From positions 21,577-53,576 of the forward strand of contig NZ_JBITLP010000003.1 of the NCBI RefSeq assembly GCF_044465265.1: DNA of 32,000 bases, written 5' to 3'. Positions 1 to 8,483 of this stretch are shown here, one piece after another. The number at the start of each line of letters is the position of its first letter. Position 1 is the first letter of the stretch. A program made the translations under genes and the position numbers. This stretch comes from Actinoplanes sp. NPDC049681. Its GTDB lineage: Bacteria > Actinomycetota > Actinomycetes > Mycobacteriales > Micromonosporaceae. The notes beneath the pieces were generated by a model. That model made no database searches. It had not been told where the DNA came from and saw nothing but the letters and a program-made list of their open reading frames with translations.

Positions 1-1716
1 TTGATATCAGATGATCAACTGGGCGCTTCCTCGGATCATCTCGCGAGAGTGACCCTGAACTATTGGCGTGACCAGGCGAGGATCAGAGGTATTCTCGCCC
101 CGGTGCCGGCAGCGGTCCGATGGACATGGGCCGCTGGTGACGTTGCAGTGCCAGCCAAGGACCTGCGGCTGTCGAAGGGTCGGCCGTTCACGCAAGGCGA
201 AGTGACGGCTCTACGTGAGCGACTCTATATGAAGCTGCCGGACAGCCGCGCACGTCTAGTCATTTTGGGTGCTCCGGGATCCGGAAAGACCGGCGCAATG
301 CTGCTTCTTCTGATTGATGTGCTTGAGAACCCTGAGATCGATGCAGTCCCGGTTTGGTTGACACTCGGGAGCTGGAATCCCCGGACGCCGCTTCTCAAAT
401 GGGCCGAGTCGGTCCTGATCCGAAATTATCCAAGCCTGGTAGCGGCCGAGCGCGGCGGACGCCGAGTCGTCCGCGAATTGTTGAACGCTGGAAAGGTTGC
501 CTTCTTCCTGGACGGTCTCGACGAAATGCCCGAGAGTCACCGTAGCCGCGCTCTCGAGGCTATCGATCGCGAATCAGGCAGTCTGCGGGTCGTCCTGACA
601 AGTCGTCCAGCCGAATATCGGCACGCCTTGCAGGGTGGTCGGATCTTCGGCGCCGCCGTCGTGGAGACCCTCCCGCTGGACCCCGCGCAGGCACGTGAGT
701 TCCTCCTCCGTGAACAATTGAAGGAACGCCGTTCTGCATGGGAAGAGGTAATTGCGCAGCTGAAGCTGCGACCGGACAGTGTTGCTGCTCGAACCATGGT
801 TACGCCGCTGGCGTTGAGTCTCGCACGGGACACCTATAGCGTCGCCGGCGATCCGCGCGACCTCTTGGATGAGAAGCGCTTTTCAACTAGTGAGGATCTT
901 CTTGCTCACCTCTTAGAGAGGTTTCTCTTCCAGGCATATCCTGAAGATCATCGGCGGCGCCATGTGATCCGGTGGCTGGGTTGGCTCGCGCATCGTATGG
1001 GCAGTCGCCGCGACCTTGCTTGGTGGCTGATCCCGCCAGCATTGCTGGTGCGTCGGACGCCACGGGCTTTGACTCGGGTTCAGAAGGCTCAGTCGGACGA
1101 GGGTGCAGCGCAAGCAAAATCGCTTCCGCCCGACCAATCGCCTTCCGATCCGGCGGCTCGGCGCCTCAACTTGGCCACTGTATTCTCAATTGCCGCCCTT
1201 GCGTCGATAGCGGTGCGAGTCGTGTCGTTCCAACAAATCAACGGTATCGCCTTTTCCCAAGGCCCCGTAGGGGCAGCATGTGGCGTAGTTATCGGCGCCC
1301 TTGTCGGGAAGATCCTTGACAGTTCCTCGAAAATCTGGACTCAACCGCTCGCGGATTCCCCGGCGGTTACTTCCGAGGAAGCCTATCGGTCTGAACGTCG
1401 GTATGAGATTCAGGCGACGTTGTGCTGCGTCGCGATTCTCGCCCTGATGGGACTGTCGTTTGGGTGGTTTTTTGCCCTCCTCTTCGGTTCAAGCTGTCTT
1501 CTCGCCTACGCCTACGGCCCTGCTGTCGCTCTATGGATCATGCAGGCGTCAATGTTCCTACGTGGGCATGGCTGGGTCGACTTCATGCGCCTATTGGGTG
1601 ACGCTCAAGACAAACAGCTACTGCGTCAAGTTGGCCCCGTATACCAGTTTCGCCACGCCGCACTTCAGGACTATTTAAAAGGTGGAGCGCGAGAGGCCGG
1701 GAAGTGGGTCCGTTGA
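1..1716 (+). CDS. NACHT-family STAND NTPase with multi-pass membrane segment near the C-terminus (5' end probably cut by the window edge)
   Basis: The frame is open from nt 1. Walker A GAPGSGKT (nt 268-291), NACHT-style Walker B FFLDGLDEM and a downstream VVLTSRP motif are present. The last ~190 aa contain 4-5 hydrophobic helices (LATVFSIAALASIAVRVV, GAACGVVIGALVG, LCCVAILALMGLSFGWFFALLFG...). They are followed by YQFRHAALQDYL, the motif that usually closes the NACHT winged-helix region. Confidence 0.85.
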   Translation: MISDDQLGASSDHLARVTLNYWRDQARIRGILAPVPAAVRWTWAAGDVAVPAKDLRLSKGRPFTQGEVTALRERLYMKLPDSRARLVILGAPGSGKTGAMLLLLIDVLENPEIDAVPVWLTLGSWNPRTPLLKWAESVLIRNYPSLVAAERGGRRVVRELLNAGKVAFFLDGLDEMPESHRSRALEAIDRESGSLRVVLTSRPAEYRHALQGGRIFGAAVVETLPLDPAQAREFLLREQLKERRSAWEEVIAQLKLRPDSVAARTMVTPLALSLARDTYSVAGDPRDLLDEKRFSTSEDLLAHLLERFLFQAYPEDHRRRHVIRWLGWLAHRMGSRRDLAWWLIPPALLVRRTPRALTRVQKAQSDEGAAQAKSLPPDQSPSDPAARRLNLATVFSIAALASIAVRVVSFQQINGIAFSQGPVGAACGVVIGALVGKILDSSSKIWTQPLADSPAVTSEEAYRSERRYEIQATLCCVAILALMGLSFGWFFALLFGSSCLLAYAYGPAVALWIMQASMFLRGHGWVDFMRLLGDAQDKQLLRQVGPVYQFRHAALQDYLKGGAREAGKWVR

Positions 1717-1759
1717 CGTACTCTTCGGACGCGATCATGTCGATCTGCGAGGTGCGGTG

Positions 1760-3079
1760 ATGGTGAATGGTGAAACGCCAACCGGCGGTCGTCACTTTCT
1801 CGCCCGGCAGTCATTGGGTAGACAGATTCTGCCAATTCTGCGCCGCGTGGTGGAGCGACCGCTCACCTCGTACTACCTACTGCTGGCGAGTGCAGGAGTT
1901 CTGCTGCTGATCAGTTCAGTTGTAGGTGACACGTCGGGCGACGGTTGGAAATACAAGTTCCTCGCCATCCCGGGCCTGCTTGGCTTCTGGATCGGCCAGC
2001 GGCTGTCGGAACGCACGCTGCGCACCATTGGACCGCTTGTATTGGGTGCCGCGTTCGTGTCGCTGGCCTTACTTGACCTCATCCTCGCGCTCGCTGCTCT
2101 AGGGATGATCAGTTCGCCCAAGCTCGGACCGTTCGAGGCTAAGTCGGTTGCGCTTTACATTGGGCCAACGGCGATTCAACCTTCTGAGTTGGTTAAGCTC
2201 GGCCTTGCGCTTTGGGGCGCCAATGTCGTCGCACAGAAGGGAGCATCGCTGCGTTATTGGCGCGAGTTGTCCATGCCGCTTTTCCCGGTAATCGGCCTTT
2301 GCTTCGTGCTGGTTGGGTACAACGATCTCGGCTCGATGGCGGTGTTGCTGGTGCTTGTCGTCGGACTGCTCTGGACCGCCGGCGTTCGGCTGCGGGTCTT
2401 CGGTGCGATGGGTGTACTCGGCATGGCCGGCGTCGGTCTGCTGATCGCTGCCGCTTCCCGGGGCACTGCGACCGACTCGGTGCCTGAGTCGAATCCGCAG
2501 CTGGAAGAACTGGCTAGCTTCTTCGGTCGGCCTGAAGATTGTACGGCGCAGTCGTGTGGTCAGCTCGCTGCGGCCCGTTCGGCCATGTCCGACGGAGGTT
2601 GGTTCGGTCACGCGTTGGACGACAGGAGCGCTGGGGTCATCGACGCCAGTGCGGCGCACTTCGTTTTCGTGAAGGTCGCCGGACACCTTGGCGCGGTTGG
2701 TTGCGTGGTGGTGCTGGCCCTGTTTGCGTTGCTCGCGTACACGGGATTCCGGATCGCGCGGCGAGTGGATCACTCGTTCCGTCGGCTCTGTGCAGCAAGT
2801 ATTACAACCTGGCTACTCACACAGGCTGTGATCAACATAGGGGGAGTGGTCGGCCTGCTACCGTTCGCCGACCAACCGCTGCCGTTCGTCTCCGGCAATG
2901 GCAGCGAGCTCGTGGTCACCCTCACCGCGATCGGGATTCTCGCCGCGATTGCCCGCTCCGAGCCAGAGGCAGCCCGTGCTTTGAACGCCCATCCGCCCGC
3001 TCCGTGGGTACGGCTGGTGTGGGCACCGCTTCCTCAGCTTTCCCGTCGCGTCAATGGCCGCATTGGTGACGCATCCTAA
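1760..3079 (+). CDS. Divergent FtsW/RodA/SpoVE (SEDS)-family polytopic membrane protein
   Basis: SEDS hallmark strings are recognisable in order. QPSELVKLGL matches RodA QPSEIAKIAV and NDLGS matches PDLGT. SAMSDGGWFGHAL matches IGSGGLRGKGW. AAHFVFVKVAGHLGAVG matches HTDFIFAVLAEELGLVG. LPFVSGNGSELVV matches LPLVSYGGSALIV. About 10 hydrophobic helices are visible. ATG 1760 is preceded by GCGAGGTG; the in-frame GTG 1682 is an alternative start that would overlap the NACHT gene. Confidence 0.75.
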   Translation: MVNGETPTGGRHFLARQSLGRQILPILRRVVERPLTSYYLLLASAGVLLLISSVVGDTSGDGWKYKFLAIPGLLGFWIGQRLSERTLRTIGPLVLGAAFVSLALLDLILALAALGMISSPKLGPFEAKSVALYIGPTAIQPSELVKLGLALWGANVVAQKGASLRYWRELSMPLFPVIGLCFVLVGYNDLGSMAVLLVLVVGLLWTAGVRLRVFGAMGVLGMAGVGLLIAAASRGTATDSVPESNPQLEELASFFGRPEDCTAQSCGQLAAARSAMSDGGWFGHALDDRSAGVIDASAAHFVFVKVAGHLGAVGCVVVLALFALLAYTGFRIARRVDHSFRRLCAASITTWLLTQAVINIGGVVGLLPFADQPLPFVSGNGSELVVTLTAIGILAAIARSEPEAARALNAHPPAPWVRLVWAPLPQLSRRVNGRIGDAS

Positions 3080-3108
3080 AGGAGCGGGTCGCAACTACGC
3101 GTGGAAAG

Positions 3109-3339
3109 CTACAGGCCGTCGACCTCGCGCTGACGCTCTTCCATGTCGGCGATGAATTTGTCGACCTGGGAACGCCGGAAGCGGACGTATTTCCCCACTC
3201 GGAAGCCCAATGGCCCTTCGCGGTTACTGCGCCACTTGCGCACAGTTGCTGGAGGCACTCTGAAAATTTCAGCGACCTCTTCGAGAGTGAGAAGTTCTTT
3301 GTTGGATTGCTTGTCGGCCGCAGATGGCAAGGTAATCAC
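3109..3339 (-). CDS. Excisionase/AlpA-like HTH_17 (MerR-type) small DNA-binding protein
   Basis: 76 aa. LLTLEEVAEIFRVPPATVRKWRSNREGPLGFRVGKYVRFRRSQVDKFI fits the excisionase-family HTH pattern (LT.eE.A..l.v...tv..w...g..p....G....f....v..fl). It is divergent from the primase-helicase gene. Confidence 0.8.
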   Translation of the reverse strand: MITLPSAADKQSNKELLTLEEVAEIFRVPPATVRKWRSNREGPLGFRVGKYVRFRRSQVDKFIADMEERQREVDGL

Positions 3340-3742
3340 CGTTCACCCATAATGCGAGCTCATTGATGAGCCGGTTGCAGAAGAGGCGCGCTGGACGTGG
3401 GTCACGTCGGCAGGTGTGATTCTGTCCCAGGGAGCGTGTCCCCAGAAGCTGTCTAAGGCTAACCCGAGTCTTTCATTAGGAGGAGGTGCATCCTCCACGT
3501 CGCTGCCCCTACCTCTGCGCCGGCGTGGGCCGAGACAGCCTCGGACAGCTAGCCAACCGTGCGTGAGTGTGGCGATGCTCAACAGGCGTCACGATAGCTC
3601 TGATGTCGTTCGACGCTGAGCACCAATGTCAAGTGCGGACCGGCCGTTCGGCGGCGGCGGGAGAACGGGATGCGTCGCCTGCGGGCGCTGATCAGTGGTC
3701 CGTTCGGGATAGGACGGACAAGAACTGCCTCATGGGGATCGT

Positions 3743-6205
3743 GTGAAGCCGCAACCGAATATGCTACTAGCTGCGTTGGCATGGCATCGCGCCGAATGTG
3801 CCGTACTTCCCATTAGAGCCGACGGGAGCAAGGCTCCGCTTGTCTCCTGGCGACGCTATCGAGAATCTCGGGCCGAAGAGGCGCAAGTACGGGCGTGGTT
3901 CGCAGGTAAGCCGCCCGGCCTGGCTGTCTTATGCGGAGCGGCGTCGGGCAATCTCGAGATGTTGGAGCTGGAAGGTCGCGCGGTCACGGAAGGGCTTGGG
4001 ACTCTTATTGTCGACTTGGTGAAAGCAGCGAACCTCGACGACTTATGGCGGCGGCTGACGGTCGAGGGCTATACAGAGCGAACTCCGTCCGGAGGTGTTC
4101 ACATCCTCTATCGGGTTCACGGCGAACGAGTAGGCCACAACCTCAAGCTTGCTCGTCGACCGGCCACTGATGCTGAACTTGCCGTCGATCCTGACGTGAA
4201 GGTGAAGACGCTTGCTGAGACTCGCGGTGAGGGCGGCTACACGATTGTGGCCCCGTCGCACGGCACTGTGCACGAAACGCGTCGGCCTTGGACGGCTATG
4301 GCGGGCGCGACACCTGGACGTATCCCGGCCATCTCGGCTGCCGAGCGTGCTGCGTTGTTGCAGGTGGTCCGCTCGCTCGATGCCATGCCGGCCGTGCCCC
4401 CGCCGTCTGTTAGGCGTCCAATGTCCGGCACTGGGCACGATGATGCGCCCGGTGACGACTTCGAGCGGCGAACCGACTGGAGCGAAATTCTTGAGCCCGC
4501 CGGCTGGGTCCTGGTGCATGCCATCGGTCGTACCCGGTACTGGCGACGGCCAGGTAAGCGGACGGGAGTGTCCGCGACCACGGGACGAGCTGACGACCGT
4601 GACCGCCTGTTCGTCTTTAGCAGTAGCACTGCTTTCGCGAGCGAAACACCGCTCACCAAGTTTCATGCGTACGCTGTCTTGCACCATCAAGGTAATCACT
4701 CCGAAGCTGCGCGCACACTACGACGGACGGGGTTCGGCGCTGCGGCTATGGAGGGCGGTGTAGAGCGCAACCCAACGGCGAATGGGCCAACACCGCAAGG
4801 TAATAGCGCCGCAGGAGTCCTCAAAGAGACGGCACCTTCGCCTGCGGCGTGGGGCCCGACGGAAGATGGCCTTGCGCGCGCCTTGGTTGCTCACCACGGT
4901 CATGAGCTTCGGTACTGCCCGCAGCGAGGGCAGTGGCTGCTGTGGCGCGGCCATCGGTGGGTGTGGGATGACGCCGAGCGCCATCGCGAGCTTGTACGCG
5001 AGCTGGCTCGCCAGCTGCCCACAGCCGGTGGATGGCGACGGTTTAGGGCGCAGGCGCTTTCGGCTGGCGGAGTGTCCGGGGTCGTGCGGCTGGCACGTTC
5101 CGATCCGGCGGTTACTGTGCCGTTTGCGGCGCTGGATGCGCGACCGTACGAGATCAACACACCTGCCGGCGTCGTAGACCTGCGTACGGGTGGGCTGCGA
5201 GCCGCTGATCCGGCCCTGCTGCATACCCGCTCGACGGCTGCGGCGCCGGACTTCGAGCGCCGGTCGGAGGTCTTCGACAAGTTCCTGCACGACACCTTCG
5301 GCGAGGACGCGGACCTGGCCGGATACGTACAGCGGCTGCTCGGGGTGTCGGCGATCGGCAGTGTGCTGGAGCAGCTGCTGCCGTTCGCCGTCGGGCCGGG
5401 AGCGAACGGCAAGTCGACGTTGCTCGAGGCGGCTATGCATGCCCTGGGGCGGGGCGAGGACGGGTACGCGCGGGCTGGAGCGTCGGAGATGTTGATGGTT
5501 CGCAAGCACGCTGAGCATCCCGCGGAGTTGGCGCAGCTGTCCGGTGCTCGTCTGGTGGTGTGCGCCGAGCTCGATGAGGGGCAGCGGTTCGCGGAGGCCC
5601 GGGTGAAGCAACTAACGGGCCGGGATTCGTTGTCGGCGCGGTTCATGCGCCGGGACTGGTTCACGTTTGAGCCGAGCCACACGTTGTGGCTGCTCGGCAA
5701 CCACCTGCCGATCGCCCGCGCGGGCGGTCCGGCGTTCTGGAGGCGGGTGCGGGTGCTGCCGTTCAATCGGGTGGTGCCGCCGGAGCAGCAAGACAAGAAG
5801 CTGGGTGAGCGCCTGGCCGAGGATGCGCCGGTGGTGCTGGCGTGGATCATCGCGGGCGCCGCCGCGTATCACGAGGGCGGGCTTCGTGAGCCGGCATCGG
5901 TGTCCGCGGCGACCGCGGCGTACGCGCGGGATCAGGACACGGTGGGTCGTTTCGTCGAGGAGCGGTGTCGTGTGCAGGCTGGGGCGGCGCATGTCCGCAC
6001 GGCGGTGGGTGTGCTGCGGGAGTCCTACGAGCAGTGGTGCGAGCAGCTGGGCGAGCGGCCGGTGTCGGCGAAGCGGCTGACGCAAGAGCTGCAGGGCCGT
6101 TTCGCTGTCGCTGACGCGCGAGGCAGCAAGGGGCAACGCTTCTACACCGGCGTGGCGCTGCTGAATGGCGAGGACGGGCAGGGTGCTCTGCCGGTCGCGT
6201 CGTGA
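3743..6205 (+). CDS. Bifunctional DNA primase-polymerase (AEP/PrimPol N-terminal domain) fused to a P4/D5-type SF3 helicase NTPase; element replicase
   Basis: The N-terminus ALAWHRAECAVLPIRADGSKAP, TPSGGVHILYRV and ETRGEGGYTIVAPSHG match the PrimPol motif order. Motif I reads LEMLELEG, an acidic ExE where DxD is usual. The C-terminal half has Walker A VGPGANGKSTLLEA and Walker B-like RLVVCAELDEG, typical of the phage/plasmid primase P4-family C-terminal domain. The start could be GTG 3743 or ATG 3761. Confidence 0.9.
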   Translation: MKPQPNMLLAALAWHRAECAVLPIRADGSKAPLVSWRRYRESRAEEAQVRAWFAGKPPGLAVLCGAASGNLEMLELEGRAVTEGLGTLIVDLVKAANLDDLWRRLTVEGYTERTPSGGVHILYRVHGERVGHNLKLARRPATDAELAVDPDVKVKTLAETRGEGGYTIVAPSHGTVHETRRPWTAMAGATPGRIPAISAAERAALLQVVRSLDAMPAVPPPSVRRPMSGTGHDDAPGDDFERRTDWSEILEPAGWVLVHAIGRTRYWRRPGKRTGVSATTGRADDRDRLFVFSSSTAFASETPLTKFHAYAVLHHQGNHSEAARTLRRTGFGAAAMEGGVERNPTANGPTPQGNSAAGVLKETAPSPAAWGPTEDGLARALVAHHGHELRYCPQRGQWLLWRGHRWVWDDAERHRELVRELARQLPTAGGWRRFRAQALSAGGVSGVVRLARSDPAVTVPFAALDARPYEINTPAGVVDLRTGGLRAADPALLHTRSTAAAPDFERRSEVFDKFLHDTFGEDADLAGYVQRLLGVSAIGSVLEQLLPFAVGPGANGKSTLLEAAMHALGRGEDGYARAGASEMLMVRKHAEHPAELAQLSGARLVVCAELDEGQRFAEARVKQLTGRDSLSARFMRRDWFTFEPSHTLWLLGNHLPIARAGGPAFWRRVRVLPFNRVVPPEQQDKKLGERLAEDAPVVLAWIIAGAAAYHEGGLREPASVSAATAAYARDQDTVGRFVEERCRVQAGAAHVRTAVGVLRESYEQWCEQLGERPVSAKRLTQELQGRFAVADARGSKGQRFYTGVALLNGEDGQGALPVAS

Positions 6206-6231
6206 TCGTCGACGCCAGGCGGCTGCCCGGT

Positions 6232-6362
6232 CGGGGTGACGGGTGACAGATGTGCCGCGTTTTCCCGGTTGAGTGCTCTACGCGCGCGGGCGCGCGTGTA
6301 CGTGGTGCGCGCGCGTTGCTGGTGAACTGGATCCTGGGGTTGATCTGTCACCTGTCACCCCG
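6232..6362. repeat. 20-bp inverted repeat pair (1 mismatch) made of GTCACC/GGTGAC iterons, flanking a GC-only palindrome
   Basis: CGGGGTGACGGGTGACAGAT (6232-6251) pairs with ATCTGTCACCTGTCACCCCG (6343-6362), which is its reverse complement with one mismatch. The 91-bp spacer contains the perfect palindrome ACGCGCGC-GG-GCGCGCGT (6280-6297). A third TGTCACC copy lies at 6370-6376. Confidence 0.8.
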
Positions 6363-6446
6363 TGGGCTACTGTCACCTACCCGACATCCGCTCTAGTGAT
6401 AAACATCGATAAGAGGTGTTGTGCGTGTCGTGGATCTTGCACGAGG

Positions 6447-7412
6447 ATGGCGGTCATGGGGGGTTCGCTCTACACGCGAGGACTGCACGCACTCGACCGG
6501 GGCACGTTCGCCTATCTAAGTCCGCCGGGTACGTGGGGTTGGAGCAACTGTGGGCTGGTGGTCTCCGCTGACCGGGCGCTGCTGGTCGACACGCAGTTCA
6601 CCGTGGCGCTGACCCGGGAGCTGCTGGACGCCATCGAGGCGCAGTGTCCGGGCGTGGTGATCGAGACGGTGGTTACCACGCACGCGAACGGCGATCACTG
6701 CTGGGGCAATCAACTGCTCAGTGACGCGGAGGTCATCGGCTCGGCCGCATTGGCGCATGGCCTAGCTGACGAGGTGCAGCCCGAGCAGCTCGCGGCGCTA
6801 AGCGGCCAGGGTTCGCCGGACACGCCGCTTGGCGACTACATGCGCCGGCACTTCGGCATCTTCGACTTCACCGGCGTGCGCGTCACTGCGCCGACGCGGA
6901 CTTTCACCGGTCGGCTGGAGGTGCCGGTGGGGGACCGTGTGGTCGAGCTGATCGAGGTCGGCCCGGCGCACACCGACGGTGACGTGATCGTGCACGTACC
7001 CGACGCCGGGGTGCTGTACGCCGGGGACATCCTGTTCATCGACGGGCACCCCATCATGTGGACCGGGCCAATCGACAACTGGATCGCCGCCTGCGACCTC
7101 ATCCTGGCCACCGGAGCAGACTGCATCGTGCCGGGGCACGGCCCGGTCACCGACCCGGCCGGCGTGCACACCTTCCGGGCCTACTTGGAGTGGGTGGCGC
7201 AGCGCGCCGAGCAGGCGTACGCGGCTGGACTGTCGTACTGGGAGGCCGGATCTCCGTCAACGATCCCACCGGCGTATGCCGGGTGGGGGAACCCGGAGCG
7301 TTTGGTAATCACCATGGCGGCCGCCTATCGGGCCCTCGGCGACGGTGCGCACGATCTCACGGAAGTTCTGGCGCACGCGGCGGACGCGGAGCCGCGGAAG
7401 GTGTCGCGGTAG
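6447..7412 (+). CDS. MBL-fold metallo-hydrolase
   Basis: VVTTHANGDHCWGN is a metallo-beta-lactamase motif 2 variant (HxNxDH in place of HxHxDH). PAHTDGDVIVHVP and PGHGP follow later, in the usual order of metal-ligand motifs. The upstream 58 codons of the ORF overlap the repeat region and look non-coding. ATG 6447 (or 6456) is the likely start. Confidence 0.8.
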   Translation: MAVMGGSLYTRGLHALDRGTFAYLSPPGTWGWSNCGLVVSADRALLVDTQFTVALTRELLDAIEAQCPGVVIETVVTTHANGDHCWGNQLLSDAEVIGSAALAHGLADEVQPEQLAALSGQGSPDTPLGDYMRRHFGIFDFTGVRVTAPTRTFTGRLEVPVGDRVVELIEVGPAHTDGDVIVHVPDAGVLYAGDILFIDGHPIMWTGPIDNWIAACDLILATGADCIVPGHGPVTDPAGVHTFRAYLEWVAQRAEQAYAAGLSYWEAGSPSTIPPAYAGWGNPERLVITMAAAYRALGDGAHDLTEVLAHAADAEPRKVSR

Positions 7413-7421
7413 CTGCCGCGA

Positions 7422-8309
7422 TCAGTCTTCGGACTCGATCGGGATCAGCATCATGACGCGGCTACCGGGTGCGCGCATCGGTGCGAACGCGACCAGCTCA
7501 ATGGGCTGCACCTTGCGGTGCAGCGGCAAGTGCAAGGAGCGGCAGTCTCCGTCTGGATGCGGGTAGGTCAGCGGCTGCTCCTTGAACCGTCGGGCGTCCG
7601 GGTTCAGCTCCAGGATCTCGTCGATGACGGCGGCGAGGCGCTTGTTGTCCGGGGCTCGGGCCTGAGCGAACTGCATCTGGGCGAACATCTGCGGCGCCCA
7701 GTCCGTGTCCCAGCGGTGCAGTTGGGTGCGGGCCTCGGGGAACGTGAATACCCACCGCATGATGTTGTTCTCGTGGCCGGCCACCCACGGAAACCACTTG
7801 CGCATCTCGCCGTTGTACGCGACCAGGTCCCACGCTTCGTCGCTGACGTAGGCGGGCCAGGGCTGCGCCTCGAGGATGCGCCGGATCGTCGGGGTAGAGC
7901 GCATCGTCGACTCGTCCGCGGCGGCAGCGAGCGCATGCCCGGTGGCGAGGAAGAACAAGAGGCTCTTCTCGGCGGGGCTGAGTCTCAGCGTGTACGCGAC
8001 GCGGTTCAGGAAGTCGTCGCTGTAGTTCTGCGGCAAACCGCGCTCCAGGGCGCTGTACCAGCCCACGCTGCAGCCGGTCAACGTGGCCACCAGTTCCTTA
8101 CTGGCTTGCCGGCGGCGTCTCGTGCGGTGGTAGTCCAGACCTGGGAAGGCGTCTTCGGGCTTGAGCCGGAGACGCCAAGCCTTGACGTGGCGAGCCAGTT
8201 CATTCGGTTCGGACGTGGGCCGACGTGGCGTCGCCGCGCTGCCCCTGTACGCAATGCGAGGTGCCGACGGGTGCGGACCTGAGGTTCCGGTAGTTTCTGG
8301 CGCTGTCAT
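7422..8309 (-). CDS. XRE-family HTH transcriptional regulator with MmyB-like C-terminal ligand-binding domain
   Basis: The HTH segment is QASKELVATLTGCSVGWYSALERG. It is followed by LNRVAYTLRLSPAEKSLLFFLA and WPAYVSDEAWDLVAYNGEMRKWFPW, the pattern typical of MmyB-like regulators. Confidence 0.8.
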   Translation of the reverse strand: MTAPETTGTSGPHPSAPRIAYRGSAATPRRPTSEPNELARHVKAWRLRLKPEDAFPGLDYHRTRRRRQASKELVATLTGCSVGWYSALERGLPQNYSDDFLNRVAYTLRLSPAEKSLLFFLATGHALAAAADESTMRSTPTIRRILEAQPWPAYVSDEAWDLVAYNGEMRKWFPWVAGHENNIMRWVFTFPEARTQLHRWDTDWAPQMFAQMQFAQARAPDNKRLAAVIDEILELNPDARRFKEQPLTYPHPDGDCRSLHLPLHRKVQPIELVAFAPMRAPGSRVMMLIPIESED

Positions 8310-8483
8310 GGGCGGTTTTCGTCGGTGACGTGTCGTCGGTTCGAATTCGTGTGACGGTCAACTTCGTATGCCGGTCGCAAGGTGCAAAGCCTCCCCGGAT
8401 TTACTTCAGCCTTCGCTGTCCGCGCTCTCGCTCCGCTATTGACTCGCTCCTACTGGAAGGTCATGCGTCGCTGGCCGCGGCCC

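Larger units (their letters stand above)
3109..6362. mobile_element. Replication/excision-type module of an integrative element or satellite-like element (AlpA/Xis-like HTH + PrimPol-helicase + downstream inverted repeats); no integrase in view
   Basis: The combination of an HTH_17 gene and a P4-family primase-helicase is characteristic of integrative elements, AICEs and P4-like satellites. The element boundaries were not identified. Confidence 0.4.

Noticed and set aside
8340-8360. tRNA T-loop-like strings: GGTTCGAATTCG near 8347, GGGTCGAATCCG near 14256 and CTCGATTCC near 21508. They could mark a tRNA gene or an att-site remnant.
   Set aside because: The flanking bases do not form a T-stem or an acceptor stem, and no CCA or anticodon-arm context can be folded by eye. 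I treat them as chance matches. Running tRNAscan-SE or Aragorn would settle it.
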